The notes under the pieces: model-generated
The model's database searches: none
Told to the model about the DNA's origin: nothing
What the model saw: only the letters and a program-made list of their open reading frames with translations
DNA from: Octopus sinensis
Lineage: Eukaryota
Reading direction: 5' to 3'
Length of the DNA stretch: 64,000 nt
NCBI RefSeq assembly: GCF_006345805.1
Contig: NC_043007.1
Span: forward strand, 57,846,001 to 57,910,000
Translations under genes and position numbers: made by a program
Shown: positions 41,999-55,826 of the stretch, one piece after another
Numbering within the stretch: position 1 is the first letter of the stretch
Layout: each line of letters begins with the position of its first letter

Positions 41999-42764
41999 GT
42001 ATATATATGCATATATATGTGTGTGCCTGTATATATGTATGTATGTATATATATATATATATATAATATATATATATATGCATACATATACACACACACA
42101 CATATATATATACATATACATATATGTCTATACACACGCACACACACACACATACACACACAAATACATACATACATACATATATATATATATAACAACA
42201 GATGTGACACCAACAAGGCGTATATTACTTTATGTCGGATCAAGCAAATGTGAAAGCAATTCTCTTAAAAAAAATACAACGATATTTTCGGCACGCGCAC
42301 CCATCATCCTAAGTTATGGCAGATGCCACAGTTTTCACAGCTTGACGGCAAGTTAAACTGCAAGAAATTATATATCAAACTTATAGCAGACAGTTGTTAG
42401 TTGGGAAGCAGAATTACTGTTCGGTAGAAAATATTCATGCTGTATCACAGATGGGTTCATCGTACAAATAATGTTTCATCAGTGTTATAAACTAACCTCA
42501 TGCAGTGTATTAGACATTGTATGAACAGTGGTTGCTGTTTAGCCCAAGGTCAGTTCAAAGTTCGACCGTAAGAGAACAGATATATGATGAAAGACAACCA
42601 TATTTCAATATCTTGTTTTTGCCAGATATAGTAGTGATTAGAGACCTATAACGCTTATAATGTTTTGTAAAGTTAGCAGGATATGCTTCGAGAAAGAATT
42701 TCTATCATTTCTAAGAATAGAATTTCTGCGTGCGCATATATCTGTGTGCGCATGTGTGTCTTTG

Positions 42765-43075
42765 TGCCCGAGTCCCCCACCACCGCTTGATAATCGGTGT
42801 TGGTTTGTTTACTTTCCGTAACCTAGAGTTTCAGCCATAAGAAACTGATAGAATAAGTACCAGGCTTACAAAGAACATATTGGACAATGAATTTCTAGAT
42901 ACAATGAAACTGAAAGGAATAAAAATATGCAATGGTCACGAATTGAATGAGATTGGTTGAATAAGTACCATGCTTTTTAAAACAATAAGTTCTGAATTCG
43001 ATTCATTCAACTAAAAGGTCTTCAAGGTGGTGCCCCAGCATGACCACAGTCAAACGACTGAAACAGATCAAAGTT
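42765..43075 (+). mobile_element. SINE-A right module, interrupted
   Basis: CCCCCACCACCGCTTGATAATCGGTGTTGG..GATAGAATAAGTACCAGG..GGTGGTGCCCCAGCATGACCACAGTCAAACGACTGAAAC. Confidence 0.7.
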
Positions 43076-44055
43076 GGGGTACGCTCACACTGTTTTAAGT
43101 TTGAATGAAAAGAGCCTGACGTTCATGCTGATTTCCCTTCTTGGAAACTTATCCCATCTCTCATTTCTCCACATATCCCGAGTCATCAGATCGAAATATC
43201 GCAAGACTAGTTAGAACTTCAACTCTTATTCTGTTTTCATTTTTATAGTTCATTTCGTACTGAATCGGCCATGTCAAGTTTTTATCTCCTGTAGTGTCAC
43301 TATGATATTCTAACACACATACTTACACACACAGGCGGGGAAGAGGAGACAGAGAAGCACTATAATGCGTTACGATGAACAAAGCAGCAAACTCACAAGC
43401 ATGTGGTTTTAGTAAAAATGCATCATTCTGGAGAGTAGATGCTATGGTTCAATAGCATGTTTTTAAAAAATGTGACTGATTTCTTCGTTTTCCTACATTT
43501 TAACTATTGTTTCCATATTTTACTGATCCTAGAATAATCAATAGTTGGTAGTTATTACGGTAAGAACCAACTCGAACACAAATAAAGTGGTCTGGCCTAA
43601 TTTGCATAACACAGTAAGTGTTGGCAACCTGAATATTTAGTTAATAGAAACACTACACAACGTTAAGATAATTCAAATATCAGATTAAATTTCTAGTATG
43701 TGTTATAAAATTGACACATTTTACATCTTGCTGTGAAATATAACTGCTGTTGCTAAACCATATTTCTGCGAGTGCGTTGAAAAAGAGAGAGAAGTAATTA
43801 GTACAGTTTCTTTTACCGCTTTCTAATATTTATTCGCGATGTTAACGACTTCACTTGCAAATTAGAACAGACTTTTATCTAAGTTTGTACATTTTATACA
43901 CAGCTATACAGTTATTGTTTCTCTTTAAGAAACGAGAAACCAATCACTGACGAAGTGGGGGGAAAAAACTCTGCATTTAGGCGTAGGTGTGGCTGTGTAG
44001 GAGGGAGTTTGCTTCCCAACCACAGTATATATATAGTATGAAACAGGAGCTGTGT

Positions 44056-44290
44056 GGAGGCGAGTGGCTAAGTGGTTATGGTGTTGCACTCATGAGCGTA
44101 AGATTGGGCTTTCGATTCCTGAACAGGGGGATACGTTGTGTTCTTGAACAAAATACTTCGTTTCAGGTTATTGCACTCCACTCAGCTGGCAAAATGAGTA
44201 ATCCTGTGACGGACTGGTGACCCATCCTGGGGTGAATATATACCCCACAGAATCTGGAAAACCGGCCTTATGAGACTATGACTCGAGAAG
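44056..44290 (+). mobile_element. SINE-C-related copy (another at ~53980-54197 +)
   Basis: GGAGGCGAGTGGCTAAGTGGTTATGG..TTTCGATTCCTG..GTGTTCTTGAACAAAATACTT..CACTCAGCTGGCAAAATGAGTA. Confidence 0.7.
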
Positions 44291-44317
44291 AACTTTGATA
44301 GTTTTCTATTTTTTTAA

Positions 44318-44423
44318 CAGGCTTGGCTGTGTGGTAATAAGTTTGCTTCCTAACCACATCATTCCGGGTTCTACTATAGCCTTGTGAGTGAATTTGGAAG
44401 ACGGAAACTGAAAGAAGCTCGTC

Positions 44424-44457
<34 letters not shown>

Positions 44458-44640
44458 GTGTGTGTGCGTGTGATCACCGCCTGACAGCCGATGTTGGTGT
44501 GTTTAGGTCCCCATAACTTAGCGGTTCGGTGTAAGTAATAGGCTTGAAAAATGTCAAGCGGTCGAGCTGTTCGACTAAAAACTCCACAGTGCGGTGTCCC
44601 AGCATGGCAGCAATCAAATGACTGAAACAAATCATATCTA
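44318..44640 (+). mobile_element. SINE-A copy
   Basis: GGCTGTGTGGTAATAAGTTTGCTTCCTAACCAC..GGAAACTGAAAGAAGC..CCAGCATGGCAGCAATCAAATGACTGAAAC. Confidence 0.8.
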
Positions 44641-45066
44641 TAAAAGGGAGGATATGTGTGTGTGCGTGTGCGTGTGTGTGTGTGTGTGTGTACGTCATTG
44701 TAATTTATGCACGTCCACAAATTAGCACGCATGTCACTCCAATTTTAGGAGGACATTTGTCAACATCCTATCTGGGTTTTATCAACTTATTTTTTTCCCC
44801 GAAGCACCCGTGGATAGCGTAAATATCTATTTTCAGACATAGCTTTTAGCCATGAAAAATATCAGCCATAGCTTTTTTGATGGCGTCTAACAAAAAAAAA
44901 TAAGATAAAGAAAAGTGGAAGAAGGCGGCAGAGAGTTTCACGGGAAAGACAAAGTGAGAGAGGGAGAGAGAGACAGAGAGTAAGTGACTACGTTCATGAA
45001 AAATAAAATGTTAAATGTTTTGTTTTTTGTTTTTGAAAGGCATACTATATTTTATAATCATAGTAT

Positions 45067-45482
45067 TACTCTTTTTACTCTTTTTACTTGTTTCAGTCAT
45101 TTGACTGCGGCCATGCTGGAGCACCGCCTTTAGTCGAGCAAATCGACCCCGGGACTTATTCTTTGTAAGCCCAGTACTTATTCTATCGGTCTCTTTTGCC
45201 GAACCGCTAAGTTACGGGGACGTAAACACACCAGCATCGGTTGTCAAGCAATGCTAGGGGAACAAACACAGACACACGAACATATTCACACACACTTATA
45301 TATATATACATATATACGACAGGCTTCTTTCAGTTTCCGTCTACCAAATCCACTCACAAGGCATTGGTCGGCCCGGGGCTATAGCAGAAGACATGTGCCC
45401 AAGATGCCACGCAGTGGGACTGAACCCGGAACCATATGGTTGGTTAGCAAGCTACTTACCAAACAGCCACTCCTGCGCCTAT
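45067..45482 (-). mobile_element. SINE-A, young full-length copy; head tandemly duplicated to ~45500
   Basis: Near-identical by eye to 51045-51452 and 57383-57785. Confidence 0.92.
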
Positions 45483-45903
45483 AGCCACTCCTGCGCCTAA
45501 AGTATATATACTTTCTCATACAACAATTACAATATATTTATTTTAAATCATTTATTTCTTTTAAATCGTTCTTTCTCCCCCCCCCTCTCTCTCACACACA
45601 TTACTTTGGGTGCGAAAGAGTTTTGTTTTTATTTTACGCCGAGTAAAAAAGTGCTTTCTGAACAATCCATTTATTTAACAACAAAGAAACAAAGAGGTGT
45701 TTAACATTTTTTTTCTTAGCGAAAATTGTGCGAGTGTTAATCTAAATTAACAACATTTTTTCCATTTATTTCTATTTATGAAGATGTATGCGTGCACAAA
45801 ACATGCAATATTTGTACGTACGTACGTGTGTGTATGTGTGTTCGTGTCTGTTGCCCATATATATTTTTATTATATTATATATATATAATATATATAATAT
45901 ATA

Positions 45904-45936
45904 TCTAATATATATATGTATGTATATATGTATATA

Positions 45937-45989
<53 letters not shown>

Positions 45990-46122
45990 ATATAATATAA
46001 CTAATTTCAACGGATTTCGCCCAAATTTGACGTCTATATTACTTAGTTTGGTTTGAAATAAAGAACTTGATTAGCTTAATAATCGTAACTTAATCCCGGG
46101 CAAGGCCGGGTTATACTGCTAG
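45904..46122 (+). mobile_element. Short non-autonomous Helitron (5' end tentative)
   Basis: 3' hairpin CCCGG-GCAAGG-CCGGG (46095-46110), 8 nt, CTAG|T; candidate 5' A|TCTAATATAT at 45904. Confidence 0.6.
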
Positions 46123-46130
46123 TAAAAGAT

Positions 46131-46496
46131 AAACGATGAAATAAGTCAGAGGTGTACAGTAAGACGCTATTTATTCGAAGTAGATTCCAACATGAAAACA
46201 TTATCACAAATTTGGGGCAAGGTCGAAATTATTTATAGCCCTAAGTGTATAAGTGGTATTTATGTTATGAAACACTGAAACTTTAAAAAATAAGCAAAAC
46301 TTAGACACTACAAGATTTTGAAACATATCGTAAAGAAAAGGGTGTTAGTAGCACAAAACATTTTATCTGGGACTTTACTTACACTTAGGGCTATAAATAA
46401 TTTCGACCTTGCCCCAAATTTGTGATAATGTTTTTATGTTAGAATCTATTTCGAATAAATAGCGTCTTACTGCACACCTCTGATATTTCATCGTTT
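46131..46496. repeat. Fold-back/MITE-like element with 118/116-bp inverted arms
   Basis: Arms 46131-46248 and 46381-46496 differ by 4 substitutions and one 2-nt indel; inner 54 bp perfect. Confidence 0.9.
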
Positions 46497-47023
46497 GCCA
46501 TCGTTTGCCATGGGTTGAACCCATGGGTTGAGAACCCTTCCAGCAAGGAATAGAACGCCCAAAAAATAGAACACCCAAAAGGGCCCCCGATCCTCTGTGG
46601 GAGAAGCGGTTATGTTCAGATCACAACTAAGTAAATATATATGGGCAACACACACATACATACACACACACACAAAGATATACGTACATGCACCTATTGC
46701 ATACATGTTTTTGCACGCCTTTGCCCCTGCCACTGTCCCACCACCACCTTCTACCCGAGTAATACCATCAATTAAAGCAAATTTGGCACCCGGACGTAAG
46801 TTTTGTAACAGGAAGAAACATTGTTTACAAAATAATAGCTGATCGTTTGCGAAGGAGCGTGTCTACAGTCAACACGTAGGTCTTTTGCTCTGGTAACCTC
46901 TGCTCTCTTCCATTTTCACGCACGATCAGTTGTATCGCTATGAGTAGAGCAACGGGTTCAGCTAATTTAGAAATTAGTTGTGGAGAAACGGAGAATATCG
47001 TTTATATTGTGTGTTGTGTATAA

Positions 47024-47058
<35 letters not shown>

Positions 47059-47839
47059 CGGGCAACACACACACATTGCATGCATGTGTTTTGTACGCAT
47101 ACATGCTGTTGTGTGTGTCTGTGTCTGTGTGACTGAAGCCATTCACACATACATACATACATACATAACAACCCCTGTCTGTCAATCACTCACAAAAAAG
47201 AAATTTTTTAAATCTGTTATCTCTCTCTTTCTCTCTATCTCTCTCTCTCTCTCTCTTGCTCTCTTTCTCTGTCTCCCTCTCTTTACACCGTCGCTAGAAG
47301 GGGACAACCCATGTTTGGTTTGTAAACAATGGTGAATTTCTCAGCCATGAAAATCCTTAGAAGTTATGGCTCAAAATTATTTACCCCTATTTGCAGGTGC
47401 CTCGGGGAAAATAATTTGACGAAAATACAGCTAGTATCGTGACGAATGTCCTCCTAAAATTTGAGCGACATGTGTGCTAATTTGTGGATGTGCATAAACT
47501 ACATTCACGTACGCACACACACGTCCTGCCTTATATATATGCAGATACACATATATGTATATCCATACATGCATACACTCACACACACACACATACACAC
47601 ACACACATACACACACACATACACATACACACATACACATACACACACACACGTATATGTATATATGATCGTATGATTGGGCTTATCGTGATGCAAACAG
47701 AAAAACTAGAACTCAAAACGTGAGTAAATATATTTTCTATTAATAATTGGTAAAAGTTACATTGACTTATCGTCGAAAGTTGGCACTTATCAAACAGGTT
47801 ACAAAGAGCTTATAAATTTATATACCAGTGATAATGATA

Positions 47840-48396
47840 CACTGCATCCCACATTATTAGGCAAATCAACCTTTTCTCAATAAATAAATGTATATTCGTT
47901 CAAAACCAGTTGTTCCCCCCACTCACTGTTGGCAACACCTATCTGAATAAATTTGTGCAAACAGAAATATACGGCGGTCATTATCCTGTAGCAGCAACAT
48001 TTCTACTGTCCCAAATTATTAAGCAGGTGCCCAATTAAGTGTCTTTATGGGTCAGGAACGTGATCTTACCTCAAATGAAAAGTCAATTATCGTGTCACGG
48101 TTTGGAAACGGAAAAACAACCATAGAAATATCAAAAATACTGGGAAGGGATCACCGAACAGTGAAGAAATTTGTGCAGTCTCCTATTTCTACCTAGTCGA
48201 GATAAGAGTGAATCGAGGGTTGCTTCGAATCGTACTTTGTCAAGTGTGAAAAGGGAAATTGTGCGGAATCAATGTCTGACAAGTAGTGAAGTCTTCAAAC
48301 TTTGTGGCAGGGAAGACGTATCGAAAACTATTTGGTGTCGCCTCTTAAAGCAGGTAGCCAGGAATGTTAAACATGCTACAAAGCCCCCTCTGAAGG
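47840..48396 (+). mobile_element. Tc1-like transposon 5' fragment (left end plus paired-like HTH)
   Basis: TA|CACTGCATCCCACATTATTAGGC left end, inner repeat CTGTCCCAAATTATTAAGC (~48006); ATG 48047 MGQERDLTSNEKSIIVSRFGNGKTTIEISKILGRDHRTVKKFV. Confidence 0.78.
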
Positions 48397-49489
48397 CTGT
48401 TCATCTGCGAATATTCCGTGTATTGTGTGTTTGTCTAAATTTCCCGCCCGTTAAGTTTTTGCCTAGTTTCCCGTTTGCTCTGGTATAGCGTCTAACTTTT
48501 TCTACATATTGTGCTCTTTCTTCTTCCCTACCACCTGACTGGTGTCTGGAGAAGGCGGTGTTATTCTTTTTCGCCCTGCCTTTGACCAGAATCTTCATGC
48601 TGGTCTAGGACTAACTTCATTCCATCTTTGCGCAACCTCACTAACTTCATTCAATAGCTGCCAAACTCTTTCTGTTGTATTTGTAGTATATGTATATTTT
48701 CTTTTCTTCTGTTGTTTATAGCTGTAAGGGCTCGTAGTGTTATATATGCATAATTCTTTGTCTGTTGTATTTATATAATGTCTTTTTTGTTCCTGTATTA
48801 GTATACATTTACTAGCTTTTTCCCTGCGCCTCCGAAATTGAATGGTCTCAATGGCAATGGCGCGAAAACACTATGATATTTTGGGTCATTGACTGACGAG
48901 ACAAACTCAGCTGCGAAGATTCCGTGTATTGTGTTTTTGTCTATATTTCCCGTCCGTTAAGTTTTCATCTAGTTTCTCATTTGCAATGCTTTGGAGTCTA
49001 ATTTTTTTCTCCTTGTGTTCTTTGTTCAAACTTTGATATATATATATATATATATATATATAAACAATAATCTCTTTAGCTCTCTCTTACTCTCCCTCTG
49101 TGTATCTCATTTATGTATATATGTGTATGTGCATGTGTGTGAATACGTGCGTAAGTGTATGTGCACATAATTATTCTATAAACACCTTTAGCCGAGTGAC
49201 TGTGTATATGTTTACTGGATTCATTCATATATGCGTGTATCAGTATATTTATGCACTTATATGTCGTATGACTATTGTAGTACATATTGCCCATGCGTCG
49301 TTTCCAGGCAAAATGCGCTTCTATTAATATATATGAAGTCACGTGCACACACTTATACAAATAATTATCATCACGTCTTCATCTGTTATTAAGTAAACCT
49401 TAAATCCTATCCAGACACATATATATGCGCAGACATGAATAGGCATAGAAACACTTTCACTCTTGTAAACGGTGTAAATATGCTTTTGC

Positions 49490-49520
<31 letters not shown>

Positions 49521-49622
49521 TGTATGTATGTATGTATGCATGTATGTATGTATGCATGTATGTATGTGTATGTGTATGTATGCGTGTATATGTATATATC
49601 TGTACAAATATGCATACATACA

Positions 49623-49653
<31 letters not shown>

Positions 49654-49695
49654 CATTATTATTATTATTATTATTACTATTATTATTATTATTAT

Positions 49696-49740
<45 letters not shown>

Positions 49741-49745
49741 CAGTT

Positions 49746-49793
<48 letters not shown>

Positions 49794-50284
49794 TGATTGA
49801 GTAAGGGAGCAGTGCATGCCATTACAGTGACACTGGGTACAAATATACGACTCTCAATATGCACATCGTAACTATTCGTCTGATGAGGGTATACCAGGTA
49901 CATGCATCGCAACCATATGAGCGTGACATGATGATTTCATATCAAGATAAACAGCGCATGACCTTGCAGGTGGGGCCCAGTAGAATTTCCTTCAGGTCGA
50001 ATAGCCCAACCCGATCAAAAGGTCCCTGAATAAAGTTTGTTTTAAGGATGATGGACAAAACACCCATGTTTCCAGAGGTAAATTGTTCAAACTCGAAAGA
50101 ATGTGTCTCAATACATGGCTATGATGTCCCACCCACCCCTACTTCTGCTTGTGATCAGAGATGTACATATCGTCAGCCACTAAGGGACATGCTCAACTGA
50201 TTAAGGTGAAGTAACTGTGGTACTGAACAAAATATTTGCTGTAGCTTATCTTTTATACCAACTAAAACAATATACATTTATTTA

Positions 50285-50327
50285 TTCATTATTATTATTA
50301 TTATATTATTATTATTATTATTATATG

Positions 50328-50374
<47 letters not shown>

Positions 50375-50453
50375 TATTACTATTATTATTATTACTATTA
50401 TTACTATTATTATTATTATTATATTACTATTATTATTATTATTATTATTACTA

Positions 50454-50484
<31 letters not shown>

Positions 50485-50492
50485 TATTACTA

Positions 50493-50523
<31 letters not shown>

Positions 50524-50600
50524 TATTATTTTTGTTGTTGTTGTTGTTGTTGTTCTTCTTCTTCTTATTATTATTATTATTATTGTTGTTATTATTATTA

Positions 50601-50655
<55 letters not shown>

Positions 50656-50682
50656 CATTATTATTATTATTATTATTATTAT

Positions 50683-50713
<31 letters not shown>

Positions 50714-50728
50714 ATTATTATTATTATT
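50285..50728. repeat. Long (ATT)n/(ACT)/(GTT) array
   Basis: Direct reading. Confidence 0.95.
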
Positions 50729-50945
50729 AAAGCGGTGAACTGGCAGAATCGTTAGCATGTCGGACAAAATGCTTAGCGGCATTTCGTGCGTCTTTACGTT
50801 CTGAGTTCAAATTCCACCGAGTTCGAATTTGCCTTTCATCTTTTCAGGGTCAATAAATTAAGTACCAGTTGATCGACTTAGCCAGATGGTCAACTTAACC
50901 GTCACCTAAGTTTTCAGGCCTTGCGCCTACAGTAGAATGCATTAT
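50729..50945 (+). mobile_element. SINE-B copy
   Basis: AAAGCGGTGAACTGGCAGAATCGTTAGC..GAGTTCAAATTCCACCGAG..GGCCTTGCGCCTACAGTAGAATGCATTATT. Confidence 0.88.
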
Positions 50946-51044
50946 TACTATTATTGTTGTTGTTGTTGTTGTTGTTGTTATCATTATTATTATCATCATC
51001 ATCGGCATCATCACCATCATCATCATTATTATTATCATTATTAT

Positions 51045-51452
51045 TACTCTTACTCTTTTACTCTTTTACTTGTTTCAGTCATTTGACTGCGGCCATACTG
51101 GAGTACCGCCTTTAGTCGAGCAAATCGACCCCGGGACTTATTCTTTGTAAGCCCAGTACTTACTCTATCGGTCTCTTTTGCCGAACCGCTAAGTGACGGG
51201 GACACAAACACACCAGCATCGGTTGTCAAGCAATGCTAGGGGGACACACAAACACACACACACATACATATATATATATACATATATACGACAGGCTTCT
51301 TTCAGTTTCCGTCTACCAAATACACTCACAAGGCATTGGTCGGCCCGGGGCTATAGCAAAAGACACTTGCCCATGATGCCACGCAGTGGGACTGAACCCG
51401 GAACCATGTGGTTGGTTAGCAAGCTTCTTACCACACAGCCACTCCTGCGCCT
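51045..51452 (-). mobile_element. SINE-A, young full-length copy
   Basis: Complete head, microsatellite and (CTCTTTTA)n tail. Confidence 0.92.
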
Positions 51453-51475
51453 ATTATTATTATCATTATTATTAT

Positions 51476-51525
<50 letters not shown>

Positions 51526-52609
51526 TTACTACTATTACTACTACTACTACTGTGTAAATATATTTTCTATTTTTTCTATTAATAATTGGTAGATGTTACA
51601 TTGATTTATCTTTGAAAGTTGGCACTTATCAAACAAGTTAGAAATCAAGGGGTTATAAATTTATATACCGGTGATAACTACTAGTCCATGCATAGACACC
51701 ACACACACACACACACACACACACACATTCCGTTAAGCGCCAGAAGACACATGGTACTAGTACTTCGGTTGTTTTCCTCACGGGCATAAGTGTGTAATTT
51801 CAATTCCCAAGCCGGCGATTTGTTTTGCATTGTTTATTAACAAAGAATTTCTTTTTTTATTCTTCAGAGTTCTATGTAGTATATTTGTGTTATCAACTAG
51901 TTTAAAATACTCGTTATCAGCTAGTTTAAGATATTTGTCATGTTGTGTTCTTTACTTCTCATTTCACACGTGAAATAAATCTTTCAGTTTGTCACTAGTT
52001 TTTATTTCACTTTTTATCATTTTTATCATTTTATCATCTTGTGAGGTCGATAAAGCAATTCAGCTTCCTCTTTTGATTGCATTCACCTTAGGGTGAAAAT
52101 CTGCCCCGAAATTGGGAACTTAAAATTGATCAGAGCTAAGTGCCAGTTATTAGGGTGTGAAATATTTGTCTTCTTGTGTAGACAACGATATTATCTCTCC
52201 TTTTACAAAAACCACTAAGCTTCCATACATTATTATTTCTTATACGACGTGAAAGCGGAGCACATTGGCGATAAAAGTGAAGATATTATTAAGTAAAGGC
52301 TTCTACCTACTTCTCAATGTCGCCTTTTATTTGGAGAATTTCCGTTGATAATTTTCCTACATCCTGTGTTGCTACATCTATTTGACGTTCGATCAGCCTT
52401 TTCCGGAATTCTGATGTACATTTTTGGTTTTTCACTATTTGACAATGAAGATGTGTGTGTGCGAGTCTGTCTGTCTGTAAGTGTGTGCGAGCGCGTGTGG
52501 TGTATGTATTATATATGCATACGTATATATATATATATATATTCTTATATATATGTGTGTATACATATCTGTTTCTATATGTGTGGGTATGCCTGTATAT
52601 GTGTATATT

Positions 52610-52815
<206 letters not shown>

Positions 52816-53108
52816 CAAAGTAACTAGTTAGAAAATCTCTATAAGAGATTAAAGTAGTAACTATACTGAACAGTAATGTTTATCACCGCATCAAAATGGC
52901 TGTTCCAGAGGGACGACGTTACTACTGCTAGGGGATGGTAACGGTTCGTTCCCCTGCTTGCAATACATATCGATAATCAACTGGAGAAGACTCTTCCTGG
53001 GGTTAAAAACGGTAGTAACATCGTTCCTACGGAACAGTCATAATAAAGTGACGATAAGCACTACTTCTCATGTATGTATGTATGTATGTATGTATGTATG
53101 TATGTATG

Positions 53109-53139
<31 letters not shown>

Positions 53140-55189
53140 CACCTTTTCTTCTAAATATTGACTGTAAATGTACGATTGTGTTTGAGTTAAATCTTTTTTA
53201 TTTTGTTTCACATTTTCGTATTAGTTTCTTATGCTTACTTTGAAACAAAGTCTCCTAAGTCCTTTATTGTTTCAAGGACTTTATCTTTTAAATGAATTGA
53301 TAACAGTGGCGCATTGTTTCTGCTCTCTGCAGTAAACAGCAACAGGTTATTTTGAAACTTGTAATCGATAAATTCGTCACCGCCGGATTCAAAATTAAAT
53401 AACGGATATCTTCTGATTCAGTTTCTTTCACCTGGGCTGTTTCTCAGTGGCGATTTCTGATTAAAATTTACCATTAACAAATGCAACTTCCATAGGAATA
53501 CATTTAGGTTTTGTAGAATTTTATACAGAATATTAATAGTATCAGTTAAGGTTTTTCTACCTAATTTTGTTTCGTGTACTGCAATAGCTCTTTAGTTAAG
53601 GTATGAGAACAAGCGAAATAAAGAAGAGACCCTTTATCTGAATGCTTTTCTGTTCGGAAACCAGTTTATTGAGGTTCCTCTTTCAAGTTTGAACACCTTT
53701 TACTATTGTTTTTGGTCAAGTTCCTTCCATACAAATAACTGAAAACGTTATTAACTCCAACATTTTCTTAGTGTGGTAAATACTTCCGGTGCAGATCACC
53801 ATTAGATTACACTGGTGGTATATGTTTTAGCAGACCCTTATATATTCATTCTGGTTTTTTGTAGAAGAAATTAGAGTGGATTTAGTACCATGAAAAAAAA
53901 AAGAAGTATATATTTTCTGAAGATTTATAGCATCAGATACAAATATTACCATCATAAAAAGGGCTTTCTAACTTCTTGTGGAGGCGCGTTAGGGTGTTGG
54001 ACTCATGATCGTAAGATTGTGGTTTCGATTCCTGGACCGGGCAACGCGTTGTGTTTTTGAGCAAAGCACTTCATTTCAGTCAACTCAACTGACAAAGATG
54101 AGTAATTTTGTGACCACCGGTGTCCCGTCCGGATGGGAAATGTATACGCCATGAAACCGGCACTGATATGTTAGCATGACTCGAGACGGTAACTTTGCAT
54201 TTTTCTAAGTCTTTAAACCAGAAGAAATAAGCCAGTGAAAACAGCGTCAAAAGCAGTGATTGCTTCTACAGACATTAAATACTATCTTGTAGCTTTTGTT
54301 GTCCACCTAGATGGCTCACGCTGAGTAATTTCATCACCACGTGTAGGTATCATTCCAGAGTATACGATAGTATACACAGACAGACTTGCATTGGTTATCC
54401 AATAGATACTATCCAGATTATCCATAAGTGTTATTACATAGGTGTTGTCACACTAGATAATCTTTAGTGATGTCATAGCTAACATTCACCGTATGACGAT
54501 AGTTTAGAGAATTCGAAAGAAATTTTCCTCCCATTTAAACAGGTTTAATGTTCTAAGTGTTCTCAAGCTATGTCTGATCGGCTGTCTACGAAGATAGATA
54601 TGCTATGGTGGTGGTCTTAATGAAGAGGGTATTGGATTTGTTCAAGAGTTCATTCACATTTATGTAGCTTCAGTCTGCAGTAGCTTTTGATTGGTCTTTG
54701 GTGCCATTTGAAATTCCACTGCCATTAAACGAGTTAGAATATCAGTCACTGAACAATGGCAGTCATTTCTCAGACAACGTAAGATATTTATTGTCGAAGC
54801 TGCTTAGCAGTCGATTGGTTTACGTTTGACGCGATTTCGTTCCTATTTATTATTTAATCGTTTCATGTAGACGATATGAAAATCTAAAAAAAAATTTTAA
54901 AAAGATGTTTTGAAGTTTTTATTTTTATAGAAACGGAATGGATTTTAGTTTCAATGAAAAGGTCACGTGTAATGATTGGAATAATTTCTCGCATATTTGC
55001 TCTGTAGGTGTCGGTCGTCGTCATCATCATCATCATCATTATCACTAACACTAGCACCAGCATTGCCACTGCACCGCTGCCACAGCCACCGCTACCACCA
55101 CCACAACCACTACCACCTCTTTCATCGACGTCGTCATTGTCGTCATGAACATCAACTTAGCCCGTTTCATCGTTATCTTGATATCCACA

Positions 55190-55620
55190 ATCTCCTCTTC
55201 CTTTCTTTCTTTCTTTTCCTTCTTCATCTCCTCTTCCTCCACTCTCCCCCCTTTCCCTCCCCTTTTCTTCCCTTCTCCCCCCTCCCCCATCCTCCTCCTC
55301 TCACTCTCTTCTTCCTTCTCCCTTCTCCCCACCCTTCCTCTTCCTCCTTCTCTTTCTCCCCCTTTTCCTCCTCTTCCTCCTCTCTTACTTCCTTCTTTCT
55401 CCTCACCTTCCTCACCTTCCTCCTCCTCTCGCTCTCATCATCTTCATCCTCCTATTTCTCATGCTCCGCTTCTTCCTATCTTTCTCCTCTTTTTCCTCCT
55501 ATTCTCCCCCCTTCCGCGCTTCCTTTTCAATTCATCATCCTCTCCCTCGTCCCCTTCATTCCCATCCACCAGATCCTCTTTCTCCTCCGTCATATCACCC
55601 ATCCTCACCATCTTCATTCT
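55190..55620. repeat. Polypyrimidine (CT/CCT/CTT) low-complexity tract
   Basis: Strand-asymmetric purine/pyrimidine tract; the overlapping ORFs are low-complexity. Confidence 0.85.
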
Positions 55621-55794
55621 CTGCAGAACCAAATCCAACAATGGCGTTATCGCCACGACCCTTACCCTAATCCACGGCAACTATTCTCATTACCACACCG
55701 GCCAGACAACAATAATATAAACAACGACACGTGCTTACTAGATCCAAGACGCATGCGGACACACGTAGACACACACACACACATACGCACATTG

Positions 55795-55826
<32 letters not shown>

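Noticed and set aside
43160-43215. TCATCAG..GATCGAAATATCG as another hammerhead
   Set aside because: Could not build consistent stems on either strand; at most a very decayed relic
49878-49905. CTGATGAGGGTATACC in family E
   Set aside because: No downstream GAAA or stem I/III; not a hammerhead
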